Virus record (IMG/VR): IMGVR_UViG_3300029728_000017
Strand: one strand, 5' to 3'
DNA length: 51,722 nt
DNA from: a virus
This document shows positions 1-7,950 of the stretch, piece by piece (the stretch's first letter is position 1; each line of letters starts with the position of its first letter). Under the pieces are notes generated by a model. The model was not told where the DNA came from. It searched no databases and was given only the letters and a program-made list of their open reading frames with translations. The position numbers were made by a program, and so were the translations under genes.

Positions 1-99
1 GCAAATACCGACGGGCAGGGCAGCGACCAGTCGATGATCTCCGATGCACAGCGCCACTTGGGCAGTCCATCCGCGCCGGTTTTGCTGTGGGTGGGCTTC
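1..99. repeat. Terminal overlap identical to 51624..51722 (closure of a circular contig)
   Basis: Both window ends read gcaaataccgacgggcagggcagcgaccag...ttttgctgtgggtgggcttc. They match at all 99 positions by eye. Confidence 0.95.
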
Positions 100-665
100 G
101 GCCACACGATGGGCTTCCTGTCGCAGCGGGCGACCATGTAGAATCTCTTGCGGGAGGTGGGTGCGCCGTAGTCCGCCGCGATCAACTCCCGATACTCCAC
201 GGTGTACCCCAACTCAGTGAGTTGGTCGATGAACTTCCGGAACGTGGTGCCCGCCAGCTTCTTCACCGGCTTGCCCTTCCGCACCGGCCCCCACGTCTGG
301 AACTCCTCCACGTTTTCAAGGATAATGACGCGGGGCCGCACCTTCGCCGCCCAGCGCAGGGTGATCCACGCAAGGCCGCGAATCTTCCGGTCAACCAGCG
401 CCGCACCCTTTGCTTTGGAAAAATGCTTGCAGTCCGGCGAGAACCACGCCAGCCCCACGCGCCGCCCACGGCACACGGCCACGGGGTCAATGTCCCACAC
501 GGACGCCTGAAAGTGTTCCGTATACGGGTGGTTTGTCTTGTGCATCAGAATAGCCGCCGGGTCGTGGTTAATGGCAATCGCCACCGCCATGCCCGTTGCA
601 ATCTCGATACCTGTCGACGCCCCGCCGCCACCGGCGAAATTGTCCACGATGATCTCGCCGGTCAT
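1..665 (-). CDS. DNA (cytosine-5)-methyltransferase, N-terminal part. The ORF runs off the window start and continues in frame at 51623.
   Basis: Absent from the ORF track because it is edge-truncated. Manual translation from the ATG at 663-665 gives MTGEIIVDNFAGGGGASTGIE (motif I), WFSPDCKHFSKAKG (Pro-Cys motif IV), VIILENVEEF (motif VI) and ADYGAPTSRKR (motif VIII). The codon phase matches ORF 50516..51607 through the overlap. Confidence 0.9.
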   Translation of the reverse strand, partial: MTGEIIVDNFAGGGGASTGIEIATGMAVAIAINHDPAAILMHKTNHPYTEHFQASVWDIDPVAVCRGRRVGLAWFSPDCKHFSKAKGAALVDRKIRGLAWITLRWAAKVRPRVIILENVEEFQTWGPVRKGKPVKKLAGTTFRKFIDQLTELGYTVEYRELIAADYGAPTSRKRFYMVARCDRKPIVWPKPTHSKTGADGLPKWRCASEIIDWSLPCPSVF

Positions 666-687
666 CGTCTCTTGTGCAAAAATCATC

Positions 688-963
688 TCAATCTCCAAAC
701 ACCACGCCGCACTCGTCCTTCAGCACATCCTTGATGTGCTTCCGCTTGATACGGCCCTCGTTTATCTCCTCTGCCAGCTTCTCCAAGCACTCATACAGAT
801 ACGCGATGCTGTGGGTGTCCCGGCTGTCCGATGTCTCCTCAAAGACGTGCCAGCCGCACTTGTCCATCAGCACCATCGCCACCATGTCCATGTTTTCCTG
901 CGTTCCCTTCAAGCGGCCTTGCATAATCAGCCGCTCATCACGGGATAGATGCTGCTTACCCAT
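688..963 (-). CDS. Hypothetical 91-aa protein, copy 1 of a duplicated gene (paralog at 48005..48280)
   Basis: ORF track. It differs from the 48005..48280 product at 8 of 91 residues and lies immediately upstream of the methyltransferase start. Confidence 0.8.
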   Translation of the reverse strand: MGKQHLSRDERLIMQGRLKGTQENMDMVAMVLMDKCGWHVFEETSDSRDTHSIAYLYECLEKLAEEINEGRIKRKHIKDVLKDECGVVFGD

Positions 964-1189
964 TTTCTCGCCCCCTTGCCACCAGCCCGGCCCGGTTCAT
1001 GGTGTACCGGCGCAGTTTTGTCATGCTCTGTTTCCGTCCACAGCGCTCACATACGCCGCTCTCCCAGCGATCCTTCACCGGGTCGCGCCGCTGTTCGCGG
1101 GTAGGCTGGATAATATATTCGTGGATCATGTCTATCTGGCAGGCCCAGCAAAGCCTCGCCGTCTCCACTTTCCAGATCCCGTTTTTCAT
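956..1189 (-). CDS. Small Cys-rich (CxxC...CxxC) zinc-ribbon-like protein, function unknown
   Basis: ORF track, 77 aa, with CWAC and CERC pairs. It overlaps both neighbours in an operon-style arrangement. Confidence 0.7.
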   Translation of the reverse strand: MKNGIWKVETARLCWACQIDMIHEYIIQPTREQRRDPVKDRWESGVCERCGRKQSMTKLRRYTMNRAGLVARGRENG

Positions 1190-1572
1190 GGTTCCACCTC
1201 CGTGACCGTCACGCGTATGTAGGGCTTGTCGTGGAAATAGTGCTCAATGCCCCTCACCCACCGGCGGCTGTCGTCGTGGAGCAGAATGCCCTTCATGCCG
1301 TCCTCGATCAGCTTCGCCATGTAAGCGTGGTTGGAGCAATCCAGCCTGTCATTCCACTGGAAGGTCAGTACTGCGGGCCTTTCAAAAGGCCGCTTACGAA
1401 TGTGGGCGGCGTTGATAGCGCTCACCGTCAGCGTGTGCCACAGTCTCGCGTCGTCCCGCCGCTTCGACCAGTGCTTTCCCGCATAGATAGCATTCAGCCC
1501 ATATGCCTTGTTCCACGCCTTCCTTCCGGCGTCGGTGTCCGGATAGCGGATGATGAATGATTCTCTGCTCAT
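1186..1572 (-). CDS. RusA-like Holliday junction resolvase (putative)
   Basis: ORF track, 128 aa. IYAGKHWSKRRDDARLW and RLDCSNHAYMAKLIEDGMKGILLHDDSRRWV resemble the RusA DxDN...K...D...DD pattern of Gram-positive phages. Confidence 0.6.
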   Translation of the reverse strand: MSRESFIIRYPDTDAGRKAWNKAYGLNAIYAGKHWSKRRDDARLWHTLTVSAINAAHIRKRPFERPAVLTFQWNDRLDCSNHAYMAKLIEDGMKGILLHDDSRRWVRGIEHYFHDKPYIRVTVTEVEP

Positions 1573-1934
1573 GTCCGGCCCTCCAACGCCTTTTTCGCCT
1601 CGCCCCAGGTGATCCCATGCTCGGAGGCATATCGGGTAATCGGGTCAGGCGTGTGGGGCGGCAGTTTCTCCAGCAGCTCGTCGATCCAGTCCGGCCCGGA
1701 CTTCTCCGGTTCCGTTATCTCTGGTGTCAGACCTGCCGTCAGGTTCGCCACATCCGGAAAATAGTTCCCTTTCGGCGACCGGGCATAGGCAATGATCTTC
1801 TCCCGCACGCCGCCCTGATAGGGGTACGGCTTCAGCGCCAGCCACCACGCCGCCTTCCGGCTGTCCGAAACGGTTTCCCGCGGCCAGAACAGCCCCAGCG
1901 CCGTGAAAACCTGTTCAAATTCTTCTTTCGTCAT
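1569..1934 (-). CDS. G39P-like replicative helicase loader / replisome organiser (putative)
   Basis: Internal Met 60 of ORF 1569..2111 is preceded by GGAGAAGGAGAG. MTKEEFEQVFTALGLFWPRE...AAWWLALKPYPY resembles the G39P loader family. The longer ORF upstream of it is low-complexity. Confidence 0.5.
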   Translation of the reverse strand: MTKEEFEQVFTALGLFWPRETVSDSRKAAWWLALKPYPYQGGVREKIIAYARSPKGNYFPDVANLTAGLTPEITEPEKSGPDWIDELLEKLPPHTPDPITRYASEHGITWGEAKKALEGRT

Positions 1935-1971
1935 GTTCTCTCCTTCTCCCGTACTGCCCTCTATACACCCC

Positions 1972-2047
1972 CCACAAGAAGAAATATCTCTCTTGTTGTG
2001 GGTGTGTAAGGGGGATATAGGGGGATAGATAGGGGGACAAAGGGGGA
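1972..2047. repeat. Imperfect hairpin followed by four phased AGGGGGA iteron-like repeats
   Basis: The hairpin is CCACAAGAAGA-aatatctc-TCTTGTTGTGG with one mismatch. AGGGGGA then occurs at 2009, 2019, 2031 and 2041, a spacing of 10, 12 and 10 bp, in the ssb-loader intergenic gap. Confidence 0.6.
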
Positions 2048-2152
2048 TTTTCGCCCGCGCCGCCGTCGTGCGCTGGCTCGATCCCGGCCAGCCGTCACGG
2101 TTCGCGCCCACGATACGCCCCGCTGTGTTGTCCTCTTCCTTCCACTCTCACC

Positions 2153-2599
2153 TCAAAACGGCAAATCTTCTTCGTCCTCGATCTCGGCAAACTCTCCCTC
2201 GCCCGGCTCCACGTCCACGGCCTTGCCTGCCGCCTTGTAGCCGCCAACAGGAGCGCCGCCATAGTCGCCACCGTACTCCTTCTTGCTGTCGCCGAAGTAC
2301 ACGTTGTCGGCCACGACCTCTGCATTGCGGCGCTTGTTGCCGTCCTTGTCCGTCCAGTCACGAATCTGCAACCGGCCCTCCACGATAGCCATACGGCCCT
2401 TGGCGAAGTACTTGCTGACGAACTCGGCGCTGCTGCGCCATGCCACCACCTCGATGAAGTCCGTCTCTTTGGTGCCGTCGGCGTTCTTAAAATCCCGGTC
2501 AACGGCCAGCGCGAACCCGGCCACCGCCGTACCGTTCTGCGTCCGCCGCAGCTCCGGATCACGGGTCAGGCGTCCCATGATGAAAATCTTGTTCAGCAT
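2153..2599 (-). CDS. ssb: Single-stranded DNA-binding protein
   Basis: ORF track, 148 aa. It has an OB-fold N-terminus (MLNKIFIMGRLTRDPELR), a Gly-rich linker and an acidic tail EDEEDLPF. Confidence 0.95.
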   Translation of the reverse strand: MLNKIFIMGRLTRDPELRRTQNGTAVAGFALAVDRDFKNADGTKETDFIEVVAWRSSAEFVSKYFAKGRMAIVEGRLQIRDWTDKDGNKRRNAEVVADNVYFGDSKKEYGGDYGGAPVGGYKAAGKAVDVEPGEGEFAEIEDEEDLPF

Positions 2600-2811
2600 T
2601 TCTTGTCCTCCAATCTGTATTCGGCGAAGCTCACGCTCTCGCCGTATCGGTTCTTGTTTGTCACTGTCCGCTTGCTGATGGCGTGTCCTGCGTGGCGTAA
2701 GTCCCAGATTCTCGCGCCCAGACGGTAGCAGCCAAACTCGCGGGCGGCGTCCAACTGTGTAATGGGGCCTACCGTCTCCATATACTCAAGAATTCTGTCG
2801 CACTGTGTCAT
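2593..2811 (-). CDS. Winged-helix / HTH DNA-binding protein
   Basis: ORF track, 72 aa. ILEYMETVGPITQLDAAREFGCYRLGARIWDLRHAGHAI is typical of small phage HTH proteins. An SD GGAGGG lies upstream. Confidence 0.7.
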   Translation of the reverse strand: MTQCDRILEYMETVGPITQLDAAREFGCYRLGARIWDLRHAGHAISKRTVTNKNRYGESVSFAEYRLEDKKC

Positions 2812-2819
2812 AAGCCCTC

Positions 2820-3108
2820 CTATAAGTACGATTTCCCGAACTCGCGCCGGAAATCATCTTCCGTCCAGCCATGCTCCTGCATGGCCTTTAGCTGTCCGTA
2901 TCGCCGCAGCCTGCGCATTTGTTCGCCGCTGCGGTGTACTGCCGTCTTTCCGTTCCTGTGGCACCTGTTGCCGCATAGATAGACCACAAGGCCGTATTTT
3001 TCGCTTTTCTTGCGATATGCTGCACCAAATATGTGGCTAATGGTGCCGTTCTAATGGATCGCTTGCGTCACATCTTCCGCAAAGAAAACATTTCCTGTTA
3101 TTTGGCAC
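2820..3108 (-). pseudogene. Small Cys/His-rich (HNH/NinG-like) gene split by an apparent +1 frameshift
   Basis: Manual read. From the GTG at 3106-3108: (M)PNNRKCFLCGRCDASDPLERHH, then TAG at 3037-3039. The next frame continues SHIFGAAYRKKSEKYGLVVYLCGNRCHRNGKTAVH...FGKSYL to a stop at 2820-2822. Skipping one base at 3039 joins the two pieces. Confidence 0.5.
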
Positions 3109-3637
3109 CGTTTATCACCTCATTTCTGAACCGAATCGCATCAGATAGGTTCTTAAAATCTCTGCTTGTTTTCGCCCACTTGATATTCACGCGATATCCT
3201 TTTTTGTAGCGAATTATGTATTTCTCCCCGGTTGATGACGGTCTATAGCGGCCTTTTTGGTGACGCATAAGATGCCTCGATCGACCGACATTTTCTTTTT
3301 GCGTAACCCACTCCAAGTTATTTACCACATTATTGCTCCTGTTGTGATCGCGGTGATCGACAACCAAGTTTTCCCCTTCCGGTTTATCAAGAAACACTTC
3401 CGCTACAAGGCGATGAACATAATAATTAGTCCTTACTCCATTATCGCGGAGTGACACATAGGCGTACCCGTTTCCGTTGTTTCCTGGCGCCAAAACGTGT
3501 CCTTTATCCGTTCGCGGCGAAGTCCCACCGTGGCAATTATTTACAATCCGCGTTCTCGTTAGTGAGCGCAACCGTCCCATATTGCTTATTTCGTAAGCCC
3601 CTTCATAACCAGGAACGGGTTTCCAAATTTCACCCAT
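3098..3637 (-). CDS. HNH homing endonuclease (NUMOD4-like N-terminus plus HNH_3-type core)
   Basis: ORF track, 179 aa, with WKPVPGYEGAYEISNMGRLRS and VDHRDHNRSNNVVNNLEWVTQKEN. It is visibly AT-richer than its flanks and overlaps both neighbouring genes. Confidence 0.9.
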   Translation of the reverse strand: MGEIWKPVPGYEGAYEISNMGRLRSLTRTRIVNNCHGGTSPRTDKGHVLAPGNNGNGYAYVSLRDNGVRTNYYVHRLVAEVFLDKPEGENLVVDHRDHNRSNNVVNNLEWVTQKENVGRSRHLMRHQKGRYRPSSTGEKYIIRYKKGYRVNIKWAKTSRDFKNLSDAIRFRNEVINGAK

Positions 3638-4193
3638 TCACCAGCACCTCCGTTCCGTCAGGTACATACTCTGGGCAGTAATGGATGGCGAAAGATGTGA
3701 CCTCGCCCGCATTCCCCTGATATTTCGTGGTGGGGGTCGCGTCCCAGCCCTTCACAGGCTCCGGGTACTTCTGCGACCAACTGCACCCTCCGGCGTAGTT
3801 CCGGCACGTCCAACATGGTTGTGGATGGCCGGGGCGGCGGTCTGCCTTTCTCCTCGCCTTACAGCCGCAGCTGTATGCGCCTCTCAGATTCCGCGCCAGT
3901 ACCACCCGCGTCTTGCCGCAGTCGCACACGCAGAGCCATTTCGGCCCATCCGGCCCCGATCCGAGGCAGTGGTCGACCACCAGCATCCCGTGCCGCTCTC
4001 CTGTGTGGTCAGTGCGGCGCGAACCTGTTGTGCCGCCCCGGTGCAGTTGCTTTCCCGGTGTGAAGGTCGCTTCCGGCGTCCACCCCCTGTCCAGCCGGTT
4101 CCGCAGCGTCTTTTGCGGCAGATTTAGTTCCTTCGCCCATTGCCGCATGGTCAGGGACTTTCCGTGGGCGGTATAGATTTTTGCTGTGCTCAT
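3630..4193 (-). CDS. HTH plus Cys-rich DNA-binding protein, function unknown
   Basis: Met 80 of ORF 3630..4430 has an ATGA overlap with the upstream stop. LTMRQWAKELNLPQKTLRNRLDRGW is HTH-like, and several CxC/CxxC pairs follow. Confidence 0.7.
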   Translation of the reverse strand: MSTAKIYTAHGKSLTMRQWAKELNLPQKTLRNRLDRGWTPEATFTPGKQLHRGGTTGSRRTDHTGERHGMLVVDHCLGSGPDGPKWLCVCDCGKTRVVLARNLRGAYSCGCKARRKADRRPGHPQPCWTCRNYAGGCSWSQKYPEPVKGWDATPTTKYQGNAGEVTSFAIHYCPEYVPDGTEVLVNG

Positions 4194-4735
4194 ACGCTCA
4201 CCTCGCCCCACCGGGACACCAGCGCATCCAGCTCTCTGGGCGTCATGGTCTCGATACCGTTCTCCTTGCAGTCCGCCACCACCAACACAATGAGCTGTGA
4301 CATCTGAGCCGTGTCGTAATCGCTGGAAGATAGGTAAGACCGGACATTGTGATAGCCCTTGATATTCCGGCACGGCCCCATGTCCTCGATCATTCGGCCT
4401 ATGTGGCCGCTGCACCAGACTTTTTCCCATGCGTCAATGCGATCCTCCCGCACCGGCACCACCTCATAGCCGCCGCCGATATCCGGGATATAGGCCCGGT
4501 AGATGCCCTCCGGCTCGATCTTCAGCTTGTCCGCCAGCCGGTTCACCAGCACCCAGAAATAGGCATTGGCGTCCAGACTGCGGCCCTTGCGCTTCAACGT
4601 CAGGCTGTACTCTTTTCCCGCTTTCAGGCTGTCGCACACGTCCATAGCCGTCTTGTCGCTGCCTACCCGGAAGGCCAGCCACGACCCGTCGCCGTCCCGC
4701 AGCCACCGTGCGGCGTCCACCGTCACCTGCTGCAT
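4190..4735 (-). CDS. NinB/Orf-like recombination mediator (putative)
   Basis: Met 30 of ORF 4190..4822 is preceded by AGGAGG. KRKGRSLDANAYFWVLVNRLADKL parallels lambda NinB RNRSLDQNRKLWACLGDVSRQV. Confidence 0.5.
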   Translation of the reverse strand: MQQVTVDAARWLRDGDGSWLAFRVGSDKTAMDVCDSLKAGKEYSLTLKRKGRSLDANAYFWVLVNRLADKLKIEPEGIYRAYIPDIGGGYEVVPVREDRIDAWEKVWCSGHIGRMIEDMGPCRNIKGYHNVRSYLSSSDYDTAQMSQLIVLVVADCKENGIETMTPRELDALVSRWGEVSV

Positions 4736-5307
4736 GGCGCTTCCTCCTTTCGGGGCCACCGGCCTGTTTTCAGGCACGTGGCCAGATACCGCAGCCGGGG
4801 CAGGTACTTCTCCTCCACCCACGTTTCATCGTACTCGATGGGCCACAGGCTGATCCTGCCGGGGTCGACGGGCAAAAAGAAGTTCTGCTTCTCCGCTTCG
4901 CCGACCGGATAGGCCGCGATCCGGCACATCTTCCGCCGCCGCAGGCCCCACCCACTGGCAAACATCTCCACCTGACACTGCATCCAGTAGGCGCGGCTCA
5001 CCTTGAAGGGAGCCTTGCTGTAGGTCTTGACCTCCGTAACGGTCTGGGCATCGTCCCCGTCGTAGTTCACCCGCAGCCGCAGGGCGTAAACCTTGATCTG
5101 GCGGTCGCGGGTCTTTACCCCCATCGCGTCCAGAATCTTGTGTTCATAGGCCGTGCCCGCCTGCATGGCGGCGTTGGTGTAGTGATCCTGCCGGATGCCC
5201 AGCTTCACCGCCCACCACTTTCGGAACGTCTCCGTCTCCCACGATCCCATGATGGTGGCCGTGTCCGATGCCCCGAACCACCCGCTCCTGTCCTGATCGT
5301 GGATCAC
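4723..5307 (-). CDS. YqaJ-like recombination exonuclease
   Basis: ORF track, 194 aa. GWFGASDTATIMG...FRKWWAVKLG...MQAGTAYEHKI matches the YqaJ / lambda-exo-type signature. The start has an ATGA overlap with the annealase gene. Confidence 0.8.
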   Translation of the reverse strand: MIHDQDRSGWFGASDTATIMGSWETETFRKWWAVKLGIRQDHYTNAAMQAGTAYEHKILDAMGVKTRDRQIKVYALRLRVNYDGDDAQTVTEVKTYSKAPFKVSRAYWMQCQVEMFASGWGLRRRKMCRIAAYPVGEAEKQNFFLPVDPGRISLWPIEYDETWVEEKYLPRLRYLATCLKTGRWPRKEEAPCSR

Positions 5308-5954
5308 AGCTTGCTCACCGCTTTCTCAAGGCCGTCCAGCTTGGCGAAGTAGCCCATCAGCTGGTTCAGCTGCTTGTCGTTGATCCGCAGGGCGGCCAGC
5401 AGGTCTTTGTGATCCAGCCCCGCCTTTTCCTTGGCGGTAATGGCCCGCTCCAGCCGCTCCCGGATGGCCCAGATGCTGTGGCGGCTCAGATCGTCCTCGC
5501 CGTCGTCCCCGTCGCCGCTCTCGGCCCACAGGTCGAAGCCCAGCCCCGTCCGCAGGCCCACACCCTTCACGAAGGCGCGGGCCTGCGCGTTGGAAATACG
5601 CAGCTGGTTCAGCGTGTCCTCATAGACCACCAGCGCCCCGTTCAGCAGCGGCGTGTCCATGTTGAACACCAGCTCGTCGATGTGGATTTCCACGCTGACG
5701 AACCAGCACTGCGTCTTGTAGCCCTTCCGGGTGGTCACGTCCGCCTGCGGCCACAGATAGGTCTTTGTCTCCGGGCAGACGCGGGGTGTAAACCATACGT
5801 CCTTCGCGCCGTTCTCGTGCAGCAGCTTCACACACTTGGCCCAGTTCAGATAGGGGATATCCACCACGTTTCCGTTGTCGTCCTTGGCCTTCCGCGTCTC
5901 GCAGAAGGGTCTCACATCGACCTTAATCAGTTCTTCAAAGGGTAGCAGTGCCAT
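5304..5954 (-). CDS. Rad52-superfamily single-strand annealing protein (Sak3/DUF1071-like, putative)
   Basis: ORF track, 216 aa. It has DIPYLNWAKCVKLLHENG, an acidic SGDGDDGEDD linker, and sits directly upstream of the exonuclease. Confidence 0.6.
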   Translation of the reverse strand: MALLPFEELIKVDVRPFCETRKAKDDNGNVVDIPYLNWAKCVKLLHENGAKDVWFTPRVCPETKTYLWPQADVTTRKGYKTQCWFVSVEIHIDELVFNMDTPLLNGALVVYEDTLNQLRISNAQARAFVKGVGLRTGLGFDLWAESGDGDDGEDDLSRHSIWAIRERLERAITAKEKAGLDHKDLLAALRINDKQLNQLMGYFAKLDGLEKAVSKL

Positions 5955-6303
5955 TTGTCTTTGCCTCCTTATAACGTTTCTTCAAATCCGCCCAGCTGCC
6001 GCCGTCCAGTACGTCGTCCAGCCAAGCTTCTTCCGTGTCGCCCAACTCCTGAGCGCCTTTTTCAAACAGGTTGACGATGGCGACCTTCCGGCAGGCAGGA
6101 CACAGGAAGCTGTTTCCATACTTGCTTCCAACATGCCCGTCGTCCCACGTCACGTGAGCGCAGCAGATATCGCACTCAAACACCTCGTCATAGTCGGTGT
6201 CGCCGCAGCAGGGACACACCTTCGCCCCGTCGCCTTTGTTCCAGAAGTCGGGATCGTACCGGGGTTCCTCAAACTCCCGCCCGGTCTCATTGCATCGGTA
6301 CAT
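5935..6303 (-). CDS. Cys-rich zinc-ribbon protein, function unknown
   Basis: Met 70 of ORF 5935..6510 is preceded by GAGGAG. Contains CPCCGDTDYDEVFECDICC and CPAC. Confidence 0.7.
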   Translation of the reverse strand: MYRCNETGREFEEPRYDPDFWNKGDGAKVCPCCGDTDYDEVFECDICCAHVTWDDGHVGSKYGNSFLCPACRKVAIVNLFEKGAQELGDTEEAWLDDVLDGGSWADLKKRYKEAKTNGTATL

Positions 6304-6315
6304 GCGCTTCTCCTC

Positions 6316-6344
6316 TTGACAGGCGGCCAAAAAGCCGCTATCAT
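6316..6344 (+). promoter_or_regulatory. Near-consensus sigma-70-type promoter on the plus strand
   Basis: TTGACA (6316-6321), a 17-bp spacer, then TATCAT (6339-6344). It points away from the minus-strand gene that starts at 6303. Confidence 0.55.
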
Positions 6345-6350
6345 AAGCTT

Positions 6351-6414
6351 GTAAAATCTTTTTCAAGGGTTTTGCCCGCCCAGACGGAGTGCCAGCTCCG
6401 CCGGGGCTTTTTTT
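6351..6414 (+). ncRNA. Candidate small RNA of about 64 nt, running from the 6316 promoter to an intrinsic terminator
   Basis: The hairpin AGCTCC-gcc-GGGGCT (6394-6408) includes one T-G pair that only works on the plus strand, and seven T follow it. There is no plus-strand ORF. It is antisense to the minus-strand intercistronic RNA. Confidence 0.35.
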
Positions 6415-6416
6415 AC

Positions 6417-7160
6417 TTACATCATCACGACCACACTGCCGTCGTCGATCATGTCCTTCAGCGCTTCCTCCAGATATGCCTTGATGGTCTTGCGGGCCGC
6501 CAGTTTCCACATGCCGCCGTCCGCCTCCGTGAAGGTAATGCCCCGCTCGTCAATGCGGATCAGGAACAGGCCCTCCGGTTGTTCCACCTCCTGGAAGGTG
6601 CGGTAAGGCCGCAGCTTTACCAGCGGGCGGATGGTGCTGTTCTGCTGGAGGCTTACGCCCTTCTGCGTGACTACCGTCGTCGCCACGCCAATGTCGTTGT
6701 ATGTGACCTTCGCGCCGCAAGTGATCTGGCTCAGCAACGTCAGCGTGTAATCGCGGTCGCCGCCATCCTGAAAACGGGTCTGCAAGGCCACAGCCGCCTT
6801 GTCAAAGGCCATCTTCACCTCGCCGTACCAGCCGGGAACGTCCTTCGCCTGCGCCTCGTAGTAGAAAATACGCGCCTCCCGCAAGTCCTTCTGCGGATGG
6901 CCGAAGCAGGCCACGGTCATGTGATCCTTCACGGACAGATACAGTTTGTCCGCACAGCGATCAACGCTGACGCCCTCCGTCCTGACCATCTGCACCAGCG
7001 CGTCTAGACTGTTCAGTTCCAGACAGACCTGATAGACCGCCTCCGGGATAATCTCCCGCGCCTCGCCGTCCTTGTCTACCACATATGCCTTTCCGAGTGC
7101 ATCCTTGTAGATTTCCGGCTTTGCCAATTTCTCGATCTTCTCAATAGCTTCCTTCAACAT
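6417..7160 (-). CDS. Conserved phage early protein, function unknown
   Basis: ORF track, 247 aa, with globular composition. No motif recognised. Confidence 0.8.
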   Translation of the reverse strand: MLKEAIEKIEKLAKPEIYKDALGKAYVVDKDGEAREIIPEAVYQVCLELNSLDALVQMVRTEGVSVDRCADKLYLSVKDHMTVACFGHPQKDLREARIFYYEAQAKDVPGWYGEVKMAFDKAAVALQTRFQDGGDRDYTLTLLSQITCGAKVTYNDIGVATTVVTQKGVSLQQNSTIRPLVKLRPYRTFQEVEQPEGLFLIRIDERGITFTEADGGMWKLAARKTIKAYLEEALKDMIDDGSVVVMM

Positions 7161-7260
7161 GATTTGTTCTCCTTTTCATTGGTGGTGTGCCCGTTCCACA
7201 GGGCCGAAGAGGCGTACACATTGCTGGCCCGATTCTCCGGCGAGATGTAGATCTTATATT

Positions 7261-7566
7261 TCATTTCCCGCACACCTCCATCACCTCGATGCCATACACG
7301 ATGGCGCAATGGTTTTCCACACTACACCCTCTGGCGTTCTCCCAACCAGGCGCAAACACGGCCACGTCCGCCGTGCTCAGCAGCTCCAGCGACTTGCCCA
7401 GGAACCACAGCGGCCGTGCATCTGCCGGGGCGTTCTCAAAGAAGCTGTCAATCACCTGGATGTTCTCGCCGTAATGCTCCCGTGCTTTGGCGATCAAGCG
7501 CTCCCGTTCGGCCTTGATCTCCTCATTGGTCTTGCCCTTCATGGGCTGGCTGATAAAGATTTTCAT
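7261..7566 (-). CDS. DUF4406-like (nucleoside 2-deoxyribosyltransferase-fold) protein (tentative)
   Basis: ORF track, 101 aa. The MKIFISQPMKGKT N-terminus and overall size recall that family. This is recognition from memory only. Confidence 0.45.
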   Translation of the reverse strand: MKIFISQPMKGKTNEEIKAERERLIAKAREHYGENIQVIDSFFENAPADARPLWFLGKSLELLSTADVAVFAPGWENARGCSVENHCAIVYGIEVMEVCGK

Positions 7567-7581
7567 GCTCGTGTTCTCCTT

Positions 7582-7950
7582 TTATTCAAAATTGACCAGC
7601 TTCAAGCGGGCCGGTGCTTCCTGTTCGCTGCCGTCAACGGCAATCTGGCCGGGAATCTGCGGCACCATCTCCACCACCGTATGCTCGTCTACGGCGTACA
7701 GCATCGTGGTAGCGGGGTTGGACGGGGCCAGCGTCGTCTTGACCAGACAGTTGACCACGATGTTCTGGCGGGTGTCGTCGGGGCAAAGCTCCAGCGTGAT
7801 GGTCACCTTGCGCTTTGCCTTGGCAGCTGTGTTGGGGTCGAAGATGTTTTCCATCAGGTGCGGCATTTCGTAGTCCACGCGCTCCTGAAAGGCGCCCCGG
7901 CACATCTGCAAGATAGACCGCTGGGCCTCTTCTCGGTTTTCGATCTGCAA
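7582..7950 (-). CDS. Hypothetical protein
   Basis: ORF track, 122 aa, tightly packed in the minus-strand operon. Confidence 0.75.
   Translation of the reverse strand: MQIENREEAQRSILQMCRGAFQERVDYEMPHLMENIFDPNTAAKAKRKVTITLELCPDDTRQNIVVNCLVKTTLAPSNPATTMLYAVDEHTVVEMVPQIPGQIAVDGSEQEAPARLKLVNFE

Noticed and set aside
1-99. A biological direct terminal repeat
   Set aside because: It cannot be excluded from sequence alone. However, the repeat lies inside an intact ORF, and the terminase is of the headful type, so an assembly overlap is the simpler reading.
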